Positions 1 through 14,163 of a stretch of 64,000 nt of DNA are shown here, piece after piece. The position numbers and the translations under genes are program-made. Position 1 is the stretch's first letter, and each line of letters begins with the position of its first letter. The notes under the pieces are model-generated. The model was given only the letters and a program-made list of their open reading frames with translations. It did not search any database and was not told the origin of the DNA. The stretch spans positions 31,250,001 to 31,314,000 of the forward strand of contig OZ249436.1 of the NCBI GenBank assembly GCA_965235115.1. Reading direction: 5' to 3'. Source of the DNA: Laetmonice hystrix. Lineage: Eukaryota.

Positions 1-221
1 TTTCTTATCAGAATTAAGAATACTGATTTAAATGTACTGTCGTGACTTAAACGTACGTCAAATATTTCATAGCGTAAATTATTATATAGTGGAAACAGAA
101 GCATGCAATCATGGATGTTTGTCAGGAGACTGTGTTTATACCCCATAGGTTCGCCTTACGAAATTTACTCCCCTCCTTACCTCCGTTCCTGCTGTGGTTA
201 TACCATTTAATATTGCTCCAG

Positions 222-397
222 GGCCCGGTTTTTAGTTTGGAAACTGAGTCTTAAGATTCAAATTTTAAGATTTAATTCTTGTTTTAGAGCTTCTGATTGG
301 TCCTTCAAATGAAGTCAGCCAATGAGAGACCATAACACAATTCAATCTTAAAATTCCAGTCTTAAGATTGGTAAAATGACGAACTAAAAACCAGGGC
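222..397. mobile_element. PIF/Harbinger-like MITE
   Basis: Imperfect TIRs GGCCCGGTTTTTAGTT / AACTAAAAACCAGGGC, flanked by CAG on both sides (219-221, 398-400); the interior is also roughly palindromic. Confidence 0.7.
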
Positions 398-3374
398 CAG
401 GGGTTGTGCCGGATAGCTTATTTATCTTTTGTTTCTCGAGGAAGCTAGATTTGAATTCTTGCGTGTCACGGGCACCTGATAGAGCTAATAAATTGCGCTG
501 TATCGGGTCCCAGCTCTACCGAACAAAGGCCTCGGCATCTCGCTGTAACTGATCAAAGCTGTCCGACGATCACACGATCACAGACTCCGATCAAAGCACT
601 GACATTTATCTGACCTGACGTCCGGGCTCCGGGTTTAACCAGACACACGACTGCAGGAAGTCAGCTGCAGTGGTCAAGTGACAAGGCATGGTGTGCCTAC
701 GTCATCACAAACCACAGATTCACTGGCCAGCTCCTTGGTGCACGGAACCCTGATTTGTTAGGGAAAGTTGACCTTCTCATCAGCACGACTGGTTTTTTAC
801 CGGTCGGTGTGGTAGCTTTTTTCTCACATTTCTGAAGCTCGTTTTGTACAGTTGTGCTTCTTCCCCCTTTGGCCCTCTTTGTAAGCCTTGTGTACAATAA
901 CGAGCCATTTAGAGGTTAATGCTAGAGTGCCTCTGCCACAGCTGTACCGCTAACTTTATTTTATTTCCCTGATATTTTTTATTTTATTTACTCCATCTTC
1001 CGCATCATATTATAACTGTATCCCTTCTTTACCTTTTCTTTTGGCGGTTATAAAGATTGTGGTGGTGGTGGGGGCAAGGGGGGTATGTCTAGAAAACCAA
1101 GACATAGATATAAATAGCAGATAGTTATTAGAGTTTCGGTCGGCAAGATATGGGTAAAGTATCATTCCACGGCAGGATAGCGAAGGCCCTGGTTACCTTC
1201 AAGAACATCACGGCGCCCTCGGGCCTGGCTTTGGTATGGCGCCAATTTCTATCGAGTGCTCTCTGCCTGGACGCCGCCGGTGACGTCAGAAGTACCCTCG
1301 TCTTCAGTTCAGTCTGTTTGTTTAGCGATCACGTGACACGTGCAGACGAGAAAACGGCGTCAGAATGACGTCGCCGTGGTGGTGTGTTGAGTGAACTTTG
1401 TTGGTTACGCCTGAGTAGAAGCCGAATGTCTCGCACGTCATCCAGCCCCGACCTCCTGCTCTTGAAGGACCGCACAGAGTGACACCCGCACGTCATGGAC
1501 ACGTCGGAAATCGGAGGGCTGGACGCTACGAATGAGATTTGTGCTACTTTAAGCCACAGAATGCACAATATCGTGCACCTGAGTCGAGAATAAGAATAAA
1601 ACAAATTTATGCTGAGTGGGTTAGATCGAGTTGAGATTAATTGGACGTGGGTTGGTGGGTATTGTTTCTCAATGAAGAACCGTGAGTGTATGCGACCAGC
1701 GAACTTTGTTTAAAGGTGAAACGGCGGAATAAGATGAGTATCGACTGCTAACAAAAAGTAATCTCTTGAAGTAAGCATTTGTTTCATAGTGATTGTTTTA
1801 AATATGTGAAGATAAAAGTCATGACCTTTCTCAAAAGGGGGAAGGTGTGTTGAAAGCTTGATTTACTTGCAAGGGATGCAAGAGCTTTACCTGCTTCCTA
1901 AGTGTGACCCTAAAAATAGTCACTGATTGGAAAATGCCACCTGCACTCGTTGGTTTAAAGGAAACGTTCATTGTTTGGTTACAAAGACAAAGGCGAGCAG
2001 TGAAGTATAAATAGAGACGTCGATTTGTTACAAGCATTTCTGTTTTATGTAAGTAGTGATGTCTTTTTTTCAGTTAGCTGTGTATTTAAAAAAAACAATA
2101 TATCAATTCCCTGCATGTTAACAATGTGATGGGGAGTGTGAAATATTCCAGGTCATAAGGTTAAAATGCAATTAGGCCTAATGATTTCTGACTCTAATTT
2201 TTTATATATTGATTTCTTGACACGGGAGTTTACATGCCCCCTCCCCCTGGATCCGCCACTGAATGCCTGACTGAGTGTGGAACTGGCTGCTTAGATCGGC
2301 TGGGCGGGGTTTTACGGCATGATATGGGAATGCACATTTGATTTAAAGGCAGATCGGCTAAACGAACGACCATAAACGTACGTAACGACCCCGGATAATC
2401 ATATCATATCCAACATCGGGTCATTTTATTGAACGGAAATGTCTGTCAGCACTGCCTGATGTCCTCACTCTACCTCGTGGCCGCACCTTGTAATAACCCG
2501 TCAACGTCCAGACGGGACATCCCCACGACACGTGTGAATTAATCCATATAGTCACTGTTACAAACAGTCCCACCTGGCCAGATAATAAATGACGCGTACG
2601 TGTGCTTGGAAACTTTTTGTTGCGATAGGCGCCAAAATGAACGCGTGGAAGGCGATATCCTGGAAACTAAGTAGGCCTAATATAGGGGAAGATTGAATCA
2701 GACGCGATAAGACTTGGCCTGTGTCAGAATCTTTACCGTTTAATCTAGTAAATCCTCGCCCCCAGCAATATTACATTACGACCTAACAAAATGATAAGGG
2801 CCCGGCATTGACCTGGTGGGTAGATACTATATCACAAATTACTGGAAGAACTTAAGCTCACATCATGTACAGTTTGTACTTCATAGGAAGGAAAGCACAA
2901 AAAATATATCGTTTGGATTTTCTCGAAGGGGCGAATAATCGCGTTGGAAATATTGGTGGCGTTTGGGACGGACTGTCTCTTATCAAGTTAATTCAAAGTT
3001 CAAGTTGTCTCTTAATCAAGTCAAACAAGTTAATTCAAACAGCAACCTGAAAAATGATAGATGGAGGTGAACACACAATGCAATTTGTCTAAACTTGCTT
3101 TCACTTAAACTAAGTCAAACAGTCGCAATCAGCTGGACTCTTTCCCCCATCACGGGATTTCAGATCAGACTCACTCGACCATGCCGATTTACAGGATCTG
3201 TTGTATAGCATGCTCCACTGATATACATACGTGTATATATCACTGTCTATATTCTATGGCAGGCCCTATATCTTATTCAATTTTTCAATTTCAAAATTAT
3301 TTCAATTTTTCACTGCTCTATTCTTTGACATAACAGTAGCAATACTATTTATGACGTCAGTTTTAACAACTCCA

Positions 3375-3662
3375 GCGTCTGCCGTACCCCATGGTGACGT
3401 CTGCTCCATGGTGACGTCTGCCGTACCCCATGGTGACGTCTGCTCCATGGTGACGGCTGAGGTACCCCATGGTGACATCTGCACCACCCTTTGGTGACGT
3501 CTGCCGTACCCCATGGTGACGTCTGAACCACCCTTTGGTGACGTCTGCGACCCATGGTGACGTCTGCAGCCCCAATGGTGACGTCTGCAAAAACCTATGG
3601 TGACGTCAGAACAAACCAACGGTGAAGTCTGCAGCACCAGCACCAAAGGGTGACGCCTGCAG
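3375..3662. repeat. Degenerate minisatellite with GGTGACGTCTG core (units about 17-22 bp)
   Basis: Repeated ccatggtgacgtctg motifs; source of the repetitive ORFs at 3231-3736. Confidence 0.85.
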
Positions 3663-5703
3663 AATTCAGCATTTTGCCAATTCCTGTAATAAAATATTCG
3701 CTTATGGCTACCTGTCATCATCATCTCGGTCTCCATAGCGAAGAAATTGACCTTTTTTTAACAGGCTTCGCTGAATCCTTTGTCAGTTTTTTACGCTCGT
3801 TTTGGAATGTGTTACCAAAAATCATCATCATACCGGCGTTATGGTCTACTTGAAGATTCCTGTCGGTATTTCCATTATCATGGTCTGAACAATGTGGAGT
3901 AGTGCTCCTTCCTATAGGAACGGTGTTAACAACACTCTTTGTGGGCCACCTCGGCACCATTGGCACAGCCTTTCTCGCCGGCCCCGGCCATAGTACCATT
4001 TCTCTATTAAAGGACTCATGAATTTTGCACCGGCAATTGTGGTACAATACTATTCTTACTGACTGTCGATATCAGTGGTCGGAAATAGACCTTGTGGCAT
4101 GCACTATAGATGAGGCTTGCTGCCGCATTGATGGGGCGATACTTTACGTACAACAGTGCCATACATCTTGTAATTTCGTCGCAGAAATCATCTCTTTTTT
4201 TATGTTGCGATATTGTTAAGGCACTCATCATGTGCTGTGATACTGTATGCTATAGAGGATGACGTACTATGCTATTTGACAAATGACAAATTGTAAATTA
4301 TGCTTGATCGGGCAAATCAAATTATAGCTTCTTTCGTCAACAGGGGAAATGCCTGATAACCACGTGGTTGCATACCCCCCCCCCCCCCACCCCACCCCAC
4401 CAAAGTTGTATGCGGCCCTTGGGGGCATCAAACTGTTCAGAAATGTCCCTGGTGGCCAAATACGGCACTAGAATTCGAATCCACCGTAGGCATGCACTCC
4501 TCGGTACACATGTAATATATGCATATGTTTGGAATGAAGGAGGAAAGCTGTAATCATGTTACACAATCATAATAGCTCTGATAAACATTAATTTACTCTT
4601 CTAGCCAGCTGGCAATGCGCCAAGGTAAAAGACCCAACGAGGTGTAACGAAATGATGCATATATGCGTGACCCTTTCGCGGCCTTTCTCGGCTCGGGTCT
4701 TCACCACCCAGACTCGCTACCGTAGTCCCACCAGCCCAACTATACACTGGCTCTAACTACGTCCGAGTTCTGAACCTAATATTAACAAGGAAAATGCAGC
4801 TCTGGCGCGTCTTTTTTTTTGCGAAATTAAATCAAGACAGTCGTGGATGGCGATGCGTGGGCGGAGGCGACCACTTGTAGCGCCCCCCTTAACGCTGCTC
4901 GTACACTGCGCCCGCCTCTAGTGACTGGAATGCGCCACCGCCGTTCCCGAAATAACCACGGGCTGTGGAGCTCAGACCGGCCGGTGGTGGCGCTTCAGTT
5001 TGGCCACCGAGTACAGCGGCGCCACCTGTAGGCCCCTATGGGTACATTCTCTGGGCGCCCTGTCGCAGGTCCCAACCATGAACGTGAAACCGGCAATCTA
5101 ACCACCACATCGAGGGTACAAGTAGTCTCCCCCCACCCCCGCGCAAAGCCGCCACCGTACCCTTCCCAGCACTCCGTGACATGGCGTTCTAATCTACTTA
5201 CACAAGAGCAAAAGGCGTGAGATTGAATATTGAACGTTGTCTTTTTATATTTATGGCATTTAAATTTCTCTGGCAGCAGCAATTAGCATTTTATCAATCG
5301 TTCTTTAAGTGTTTTTGTCTTTGTGAAAGCAATAAGGTGTTGTGGTAAAGGTCGGAAAGTTTTCTCTCGATTCGTATGAGTACAACGTTAGAGTGATCCT
5401 ATACGCCTATATCAACGTTCGTCTGTCAATTATTCACTCTAAATACAGTCCGTGCATGCCTTAGTTACTATAGTTACCCGAAGTGGGGGAATAACCATTT
5501 TTTATACGGAGACCTACGGCTAAATTAAATTTACCTAGATCTATCAAGAATTTAGCACGGAATCAAAGTGCACGCTGGCATGGCGTGTTGAAGCGAACAG
5601 ATCTAGCCGCGTGCGGACATATGATCAGTTGTGGGCGGACAGGCGGCTGTCAAACAATTAACCTGTCATTAGCCAGTCCCTCTGTGCTGGCAATGTAGAT
5701 CAT

Positions 5704-6017
5704 TCTCTCTCTCTGTCTCCCTCTGTCTCTGTCTCTCTCTCTGTCTCCCTCTGTCTCTGTCTCTGTGTGTCTCTCTGTCTGTCTGTCTCTCTCTCTCCTC
5801 TCTCTCTGTCTCCCTCTCTCTGTGTCTCTGTCTCTTTCTGTGTCTCTCACTCTATCTATTTCTCTCTGTGTCTCTGTCTCCCTCTCTGTGTCTCTATCTC
5901 TCTTTCTCTCTCTATCTCTCTATATATCTCTCTCCCTCTCTCTGTATCCCTCTCTCTGTCTCTCTCTGTCTCTCTCTCTGTCTCTGTCTCTCTCTGTCTC
6001 TCTCTGTCTCCCTCTGT

Positions 6018-6062
<45 letters not shown>
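5704..6062. repeat. (CT)n/(CTGT)n microsatellite
   Basis: Seen directly. Confidence 0.97.
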
Positions 6063-6064
<2 letters not shown>

Positions 6065-6844
6065 ATTATCTATATTATTCCTCGTAATTTTTTTCTCTCT
6101 AATGAATCATGGCTTCCCGGGAAAACGCTTGCTTACTGTGAATGTGGTATAGATCCATGTCCTTATCTGCCTGTCTTCTCCTCTACACCTAGCTATCTAA
6201 TTATGTGCAAGGATACAAACACGAGTGGGTTTAGGTCTGTATGTGTGGGAGGGGGGGGGTGAATGGGTGTGTATCTTAATCCAACTGAGATAATGGGAGG
6301 GATGCCGATCGCAGAGTCGACTATCGACCTGATTCTTTTAATCTTGCTCTCAGACATGACGACAGAATGTTAAGGGTACAAGTACCAGCCTGGCTACAGT
6401 TTAGTCAACATCCGTTTACAACCCATGTGGCACGTCTCAATAGGCATGCCACCTGCATGCATTTGATTTCCATGAACACGGCTAAACATAAAGAGACAAT
6501 ATACAGCGACAGACTTCAAGCGTGGGAGAGGAAGCTGTAAGGATTTAACCCACACAGAATATTAAAAGATGGCTAGAGACGGCGGCATACCGCCGTCTGC
6601 TCAGGCTTTCAGGGAGTAAACCCACCACGGGGTATACCATTCTCCAGTGTCGCTTAGTAGTTTGTCTGAAAGTAACAAAATCCATTACTCTCTGGGGGAA
6701 AATACACAAATGTACCGTGTTTTGTTTAGACAACTTTTAAGTAGAAAAAAAAGTTGCATGAATGGAAATCAGGTGGAGATAGTTTCTACAACACAGAATA
6801 TAATGTTTATTCACGTAGGTTGTCAATCAGTCACGTATACTTAA

Positions 6845-7392
6845 AGGTATTATGTCACGAATTTCAAATAATACGTCGTGTTTCAGCAAAAATATGTCTG
6901 CATTGCGGTTTTCCGATATGCCCCAAAGGTCCCCTACCTATTTATGTATAGCTTTGGCCGGTATTTTGTAAAAAAAAATCGCCAATTCTTAATGCGGTCA
7001 CTGAAAATGACAAATCTAGATTCCGAGACCCCGGGATTTGCAGCCGGCTGTGTTTTGCACCCTTTTCACAGGATCGGCGGATGGGCCATTATAGTCCCAC
7101 TGTTTACATCTCGAGTAATCACAGCGAGAGTCACGTGATCATGGGACCCGTTCAAACGATTCGCGGCAGCCAAAAGGGGCCAAAATGGCGGATTCATCGC
7201 ACTTTGCGGACACTGCAGCTAGTTTTATTCATTTTTCTACATTAGGGAGAATTTCACAGCTGTCTACTCGTAGTATGTGTTAACAGAATCAATATGAAAA
7301 ACAATCAGTGCCATAAAGTACGTCAGTGGTGAGCAGGTAAGCAGAAAACTGAAGATTTCGGGCGATAGGCCTACTCCCGTGACATATTTCCT
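6845..7392. mobile_element. Non-autonomous TTAA-targeting DNA transposon (Kolobok-like)
   Basis: ttaa|AGGTATTATGTCACG ... CGTGACATATTTCCT|ttaa. TTAA TSD plus purine-purine termini fit Kolobok rather than piggyBac (CC termini). Confidence 0.7.
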
Positions 7393-7417
7393 TTAATCTA
7401 GAAAACACATGTGAAAA

Positions 7418-7568
7418 CATAGCCGTAGGAGGGGGAACTGCCCTCCCAAATTAGGGCAAAACAGTGGGGGAAGTTCGGGCAAAGCAAAAAGAAAAAAAAT
7501 CGGACAGAGAAATTTCGGACAAATCAATCCCTTTGCCCCTTTAACGAAAGAGTCCCCATACGCTCATG
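7418..7568. mobile_element. Small hAT-like MITE
   Basis: Degenerate TIRs CATAGCCGTAGG / CCATACGCTCATG with a perfect 8-bp TSD TGTGAAAA (7410-7417, 7569-7576). Confidence 0.7.
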
Positions 7569-8496
7569 TGTGAAAACATGGACCAAAAAAAAAGAAGAAA
7601 AAATGAAGTCATTGTTTGTCTCTTTTTTTGCTCCAAACAAAACGAATACAGCTGTACATAGCTTGCACGAGATCTCACAATGCTATTACGAACCTTTCGA
7701 TAGGGTTATTCCCCCATGATATCTTCCCCACAAATTTTTGGGCCGGGATTCGGCTTAAGGTCAGGGATAGGGATAGGGATAGGATAGGGATATGTTTTTG
7801 GAAAATGTAGGGACCGGGGTTAGGGGTTAGGGATAAGGCAGGGCTATGGATCTTTACTTTCGACCAAATTTCGAGGGGTTTAAGTTTGGGCGATGTACTT
7901 ATAGCCTACCGTTGTAACGTTTATATATCGCGTGTCTGCATGTGTAAGTATATGTAGGTGTGGGTGTGGGTTTAAATGCGTGCTTGGGGGGCAGGGGAAG
8001 AGAACGTTTTCTGTAAATATTTTATTCTTACAACCAGTTTGTATAAACCATGATAATTTAAAATATATTTCCATTCATTCACTGATCTGGGCGTCGACAA
8101 AATTTTCATGATAAAGGCTTTCCAGACACAGTAGTATAGTAGGCCGGCTCGTGGATAAAGCCCTGTAGTTTCCCAGAATATCAGGAGGTTTTAGGAGAGG
8201 AGAAAGGTTACTTCAACGTTATCTAAATACTGCAAGCTTGGCAGTGTAAGTAGTCTAAGCAAAGGGCTGTTTGCGTCGGGACTCTCGTGGGAACTGGAGA
8301 TGGCATATAGAAAGATTACCCACCTACTCTCCCTGTGTCCCGCATGACGTGCCTTTTAAACATTTTAAACAGTTTTAGGACCCTTCGTATTATGAATTGT
8401 CCTCCTGTTGTTAATAGTGAACAAGGCTTGCTTATATATCAAGAGTCGTGCTGTCTTAATTTGGGTGAAAATACCGACCTCTGAGCCTTCAGGCAT

Positions 8497-9044
8497 GGTC
8501 AGTTATAAGCTGCCCATAGAAACAGAATTATTATTTCTGGTCAGTTATAAGCTGCCCATAGAAACAGAATTATTATTTCTGGTCAGTTATAAACTGCCCA
8601 TAGAAACAGAATTATTATTTCTGGTCAGTTATAAGCTGCCCATAGAAACAGAATTATTATTTCTGGTCAGTTATAAGCTGCCCATAGAAACAGAATTATT
8701 ATTTCTGGTCAGTTATAAGCTGCCCATAGAAACAGAATTATTATTTCTGGTCAGTTATAAGCTGCCCATAGAAACAGAATTATTATTTCTGGTCAGTTAT
8801 AAGCTGCCCATAGAAACAGAATTATTATTTCTGGCCAGTTATAAGCTGCCCATAGAAACAGAATTATTATTTCTGGTCAGTTATAAGCTGCCCATAGAAA
8901 CAGAATTATTATTTCTGGTCAGTTATAAGCTGCCCATAGAAACAGAATTATTATTTCTGGTCAATTATAAGCTGCCCATAGAAACATAATTATTATTTCT
9001 GGTCAGTTATAAGCTGCCCATAGAAACAGAATTATTATTTCTGG
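8497..9044. repeat. 42-bp minisatellite, about 13 copies
   Basis: Unit ggtcagttataagctgcccatagaaacagaattattatttct, near-identical copies. Confidence 0.97.
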
Positions 9045-11401
9045 AATTCACCAAACGTTAATATACTCACATATTCTGCACCGAACAGTGTATGGGCCAT
9101 CTAAAGCGCCTTCCAACCTTTAAGTTGCAAATAGGCAGCTGTGATAAGCGTTTTCTAACTGGCATCCTTAAGCCTGATTCACAGCATGTGCCTGCCTCCC
9201 ATTACCGGCGCATAGCTGATTGCCTAATGAGGGAAAGCGGCATGACATGAACACATAGCGACCACGTTCGCCATACCACGAATGGCGACAGAATGATGCC
9301 CACCTCCTGACTCGGACCTGTTTGTGTCAGGGTTGACGGGTTTGTCGCACTTTACCGTGAACGGATGTCAGAAGGTGCCAAGCAATCACATACGTATTAC
9401 TAATCCAGTGAGATGTTAGAATATGAATGTATTTGTAATTGTACATAACAATACCGGGATATGATGCATGGGTATTAGTATTTATTTATGGTATTGTCAA
9501 AATATTGGTGTATTTTATCGTAAAACAGAATATGGCGGGGCCATTAACTCAGTATAATAAGCAATTAAACTGATTAAAATGAAAGCCAGCTATAATATTA
9601 AAGTAAATATGTTTAGTAATCGGATGTCACAACTGGAAGGGTTGAATGATACCTCGATCTCCATTATAGAAAGGGTGTAGGACGCTTTTTCAAAAGGTAC
9701 AATGGAATGGCCAAACCAAATTACTAATCAGGCCAGGTGTTTTGGGGCACTGTTTGACTATTAACCATTACGTTTCTGGACCCCCCCTTCCTTATAAATA
9801 AAGAATGCAGAGATTATCTGTTTGTGAAAGGAAGTGTGTGGCTCCAAAATCGTTTCGCAAGTTTTATCATAGGCCTACGTTGTCCCTGTGGTTTGCAATG
9901 TTCCATCATCCTACACCAGAAGGTACCAATTGGGGGGGGGGGGTCCATTTTCCCAGGGGGATACTTCCATCTGCAGCTTAGTTCCATCTGCACATGGCGG
10001 AGCATGATCCTGGCGCGGTGCGGGAGGTTGCCGCCTCCTCTTCCTGAGACTACTGCCAGGATGCTGCATCTGCTGTGTAGAAAGGCCCATCTGGTGGCGA
10101 CAGTTCCTTCTTCCATCCCCTTGCCCCTCCCTCCCTCCCCCGCCTCATCACCACCAAGCCGCCCGCCAACATTAGACGCACCTCCGTCTTTGTAAGCCAA
10201 ATACGCCGGGCAGGTGGCGACTACGAAGGAAAGCGCTTCATCAAAGCTTCAATGACGTACGCATCTTTCCAATACCGACGCCAAGTCTCTGCGTCCGTGC
10301 CCTTCTCCAACTTACGTATGGCTGGAAACGCCCTCCGGATATTGTCGCAGATGTTGGCCAGGTGGGACCAAAAGTGAAAACCGTTCACCCGTATTTGTTT
10401 GCGCCATGGTCGTTCAGGACGTCGCCGGCCTCAACGTTTTAAAAGACCCACTGAAATACAACTTCTTCAGCTCATTGGGAATGACGTCACCTCTAATGAA
10501 CCAATCAAGGTCGGGCCACAGCCCCGCCTTTCAGATTAGAAGTCACTTCTGAGGCATGAATGCATTTCGTATTCTGTGAATAAGGCTTTTGACCTCTGTA
10601 AAAAATATAATGAAAATGTAGAATTTAATGTAGAAACCCCCCAATTGTATCAACGAAACAGCAGTACGTTGTCAAGGCGAATTTTGAACCTTTCAACGAA
10701 TGCCGAAACTAGGCATCATAATTATAGGCCTACGTATGTAGGCCTAGGCCTATACCCAATAAATATAGATAATTCTTAGATTTTTTTGACATGCTTATGA
10801 CATGTTGAAGGGTGTTTCACTTTCATCGTCACAAATGACAAATACTGTAGTCAAAACACCTGATTGCTGACAGCATACTGCCTTCCCTATATTCGGTACT
10901 CTGCCGTGGGCAGCAGTGTCATCCAACCTCGTGCCGAGACAGCAAACGATCCGAGCCGACAAACCTGCTACGTCATGACGACGTCGTGCACGAAACGTGC
11001 CTCACTGATGATTGTGATCCGGTTCGTGATTAAAGCATATCCTACTTCTTTTTTCACAAGCGAACATATAAATCTGTCAAGTAACAATCAAATGGAGGGA
11101 CGTTGTTCAGGGGGCTACAAAGGCTAGGGACGGCATGCAGTTATTTGCAAGATCAGACAGAATGGCGCAGCTGTCAATTGTGTCCGAATAGGACAAACGA
11201 AGAGGTCGATGTGCATGGTGGTTTCCATCAGTTGGAACGAGAGTGTAAACACAGGTGGTGGGAGTGACATGACAGTGCCAACACTGGTTGAGTAAAAGCC
11301 TCGACCTCGTACTATTGGTGCACGCGTACACGGCCAGTTTTAACCGGCCGAGTAAATGTGCTGTCTTGTTAGGCGTCACGTCAAACTCAATTTTGCTATT
11401 C

Positions 11402-12403
11402 AATAGGCCTAAATACAGGGTGTACCAAAGCGAGAAACACTTATTATATAATAGACCTAAATACAGGGTGTACCAAAGCGAGAAACACTTATTATATAAT
11501 CGACCTAAATACAGGGTGTACCAAAGCGAGAAACACTTATTATATAATCGACCTAAATACAGGGTGTACCAAAGCGAGAAACACTTATTATATAACAGAC
11601 CTAAATACAGGGTGTACCAAAGCAAGAAACACTTATTATATAATAGACCTAAATACAGGGTGTACCAAAGCGAGAAACACTTATTATATAATCGACCTAA
11701 ATACAGGGTGTACCAAAGCGAGAAACACTTATTATATAATCGACCTAAATACAGGGTGTACCAAAGCGAGAAACACTTATTATATAATAGACCTAAATAC
11801 AGGGTGTACCAAAGCGAGAAACACTTATTATATAATCGACCTAAATACAGGGTGTACCAAAGCGAGAAACACTTATTATATAATAGACCTAAATACAGGG
11901 TGTACCAAAGCGAGAAACACTTATTATATAACAGACCTAAATACAGGGTGTACCAAAGCGAGAAACACTTATTATATAATAGACCTAAATACAGGGTGTA
12001 CCAAAGCGAGAAACACTTATTATATAATAGACCTAAATACAGGGTGTACCAAAGCGAGAAACACTTATTATATAATAGACCTAAATACAGGGTGTACCAA
12101 AGCGAGAAACACTTATTATATAATAGACCTAAATACAGGGTGTACCAAAGCGAGAAACACTTATTATATAATAGACCTAAATACAGGGTGTACCAAAGCG
12201 AGAAACACTTATTATATAATAGACCTAAATACAGGGTGTACCAAAGCGAGAAACACTTATTATATAATAGACCTAAATACAGGGTGTACCAAAGCGAGAA
12301 ACACTTATTATATAATAGACCTAAATACAGGGTGTACCAAAGCAAGAAACACTTATTATATAAGAGACCTAAATACAGGGTGTACCAAAGCGAGAAACAA
12401 TTA
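11402..12403. repeat. 48-bp minisatellite, about 21 copies
   Basis: Unit aaatacagggtgtaccaaagcgagaaacacttattatataatagacct. Confidence 0.97.
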
Positions 12404-13405
12404 TTTCCATGATTGATATTTGTACAGTTGTTTAGAGATGATCTATATGTATCTGAAAAGGGGTGTTGAGAGAGGTAGGTTTAAATATTATGTTTTAAAC
12501 ACTTCTACGCCTATCTTTGTAAAGGACCCAGGTGCTGAGCCAAGAAACAGAGTCACAAAATTACTCATGCAAACTCTGCAAACGTCTGTCTGTGGGTTCG
12601 TCTGAATTATTTGTCTGCCCGTGAACAGATTTAGAGTTACTTCTCAGGAACGTTTTCAACTAAATTGCTTTGCGTAATGGCTTTCCCTTATTCCTATCGT
12701 CGAGGTACATTGTGAGGCCCACTGGAATAACACGATACCCTCCAAATACATTGCCCCATTTAGCATTAAAAACATTCAAGCATTCAAACTTTAAAATTCG
12801 CCATAATATACCGCACGCACATCTCATACACTTGTCAGCGATTTCTGTTGATAAGAAAGTGTAAATTGTCTTATTTGGGGAAGAGCGCTGTGTTTGGTCA
12901 ATGGACCTTGTTATTGTAATTATAGAGAGCAACTTTCTAATTTGGTTGCGGCTGTCAGTGCAGCGGTCGGTTAAAGTAGAGTTATTAGCCTTCAGCTGTG
13001 GGAACGTGGTCTCATCTGGCAAGTTGGACCAGTGGATGTTTGTTGGGCACCTTCAGTATCAAATATAGAACCCCGTGACTTCCACCGTATGCTTTAAATA
13101 GTTCGCGCACATTATTGGCCTTTACGAGGCCCACCTGAACCCGGGCTTGTCGCGTCGCCTTGAGCTCAGCGCCAAGCACTGATTGATGAGCTCTGTCGCC
13201 TAGTCGGGAATATGCAAGCTATCCTACAGCAGGGAGGAAATCACCTTCGACCCGCTTCATTCACCGGTGTCCACTTATCAGGGCAGACAAATTAACCTTA
13301 AAAACTACATTAGGCTATTTAGTCGGTGGTTTGGCTTCATGTGTGGTTGTTGTTGTTGTTGTTGTTGTTGTTGTTGCTGTGGTAGTGGTGTTGGTGTTGA
13401 GGATA

Positions 13406-13578
13406 CAGGCCCGTAATTTCCATCAAATTATTGAGGGGGCTAAAAAATTTCCATTGAATTATTGAGGGGGCTCGACGAACAGATCCAACTTTCTCCCTGG
13501 TAAAGTAGGATAATTATTAGGCAACACTGAAAATATTGAGGGCTTAAGCCCCCCCCCCCCACATGAATTACGGCCCTG
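13406..13578. mobile_element. CAG-terminal MITE (hAT5-like)
   Basis: TIRs CAGGCCCGTAATT / AATTACGGCCCTG; flanks GGATA / GGATG (4 of 5 match). Confidence 0.6.
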
Positions 13579-14010
13579 GGATGGAACTGGAACGTAAACA
13601 AATGCAGAAAACTCATTTTGTCGATAACATGAACCTTTCAGCGTCTATCATCGAACGATCAAGCGCTGATATTCCATTGAAGGGTGATGATCCTCATACA
13701 AACAAACGCTATCCTCGTCAGCCCGCCTTCAGTTCAAAAGCCCTGGTCTACCCCTACTACCCCCCCCCCCTCCCCCCCCCCCAAAAAAAGTGGCTGCGAC
13801 TTCCTTCCGATGCTCAATTTAAAGGATGAACCACACGTCAAGACCAGAGAGGAAGAAAGTTCGGCATCGTGGGTTCCGACATTTAAGTACAGAGTTACAG
13901 AACAATTGCAAGGCCTGGATAGACGAGCTAGGGCTGTAATAAGATTATCGCAGCACGAATGCAATGGGCATATGGCACGTATAGACTGGGCCTCCCTGCA
14001 AACCCGTCTT

Positions 14011-14163
14011 TCTACCACCATATCCTGGCCATGCTGTATGCATGGCGTCGATAGCGCCAGATCTACCACCATATCCTGGCCATGCTGTATGCATGGCGTC
14101 GATAGCGCCAGATCTACCACCATATCCTGGCCATGCTGTATGCATGGCGTCGATAGCGCCAGA
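14011..14163. repeat. 51-bp tandem repeat, 3 copies
   Basis: tctaccaccatatcctggccatgctgtatgcatggcgtcgatagcgccaga. Confidence 0.95.

Noticed and set aside
5650..6262. Ser/Leu- and Arg/Glu-rich ORFs
   Set aside because: Translations of the microsatellite
7755..7850. Interstitial telomere
   Set aside because: Only a few degenerate TTAGGG/ATAGGG units, typical of the interior of repeats
8408..8989. 193-aa ORF
   Set aside because: Translation of the 42-bp repeat
11107..12412. 412-aa and 374-aa ORFs
   Set aside because: These are translations of a 48-bp tandem repeat that is open on both strands, with no protein-like features
13115..13195. Hox/Pbx-type enhancer (TTTACGA, TGATTGAT)
   Set aside because: Short motifs are expected by chance and no conservation data are available
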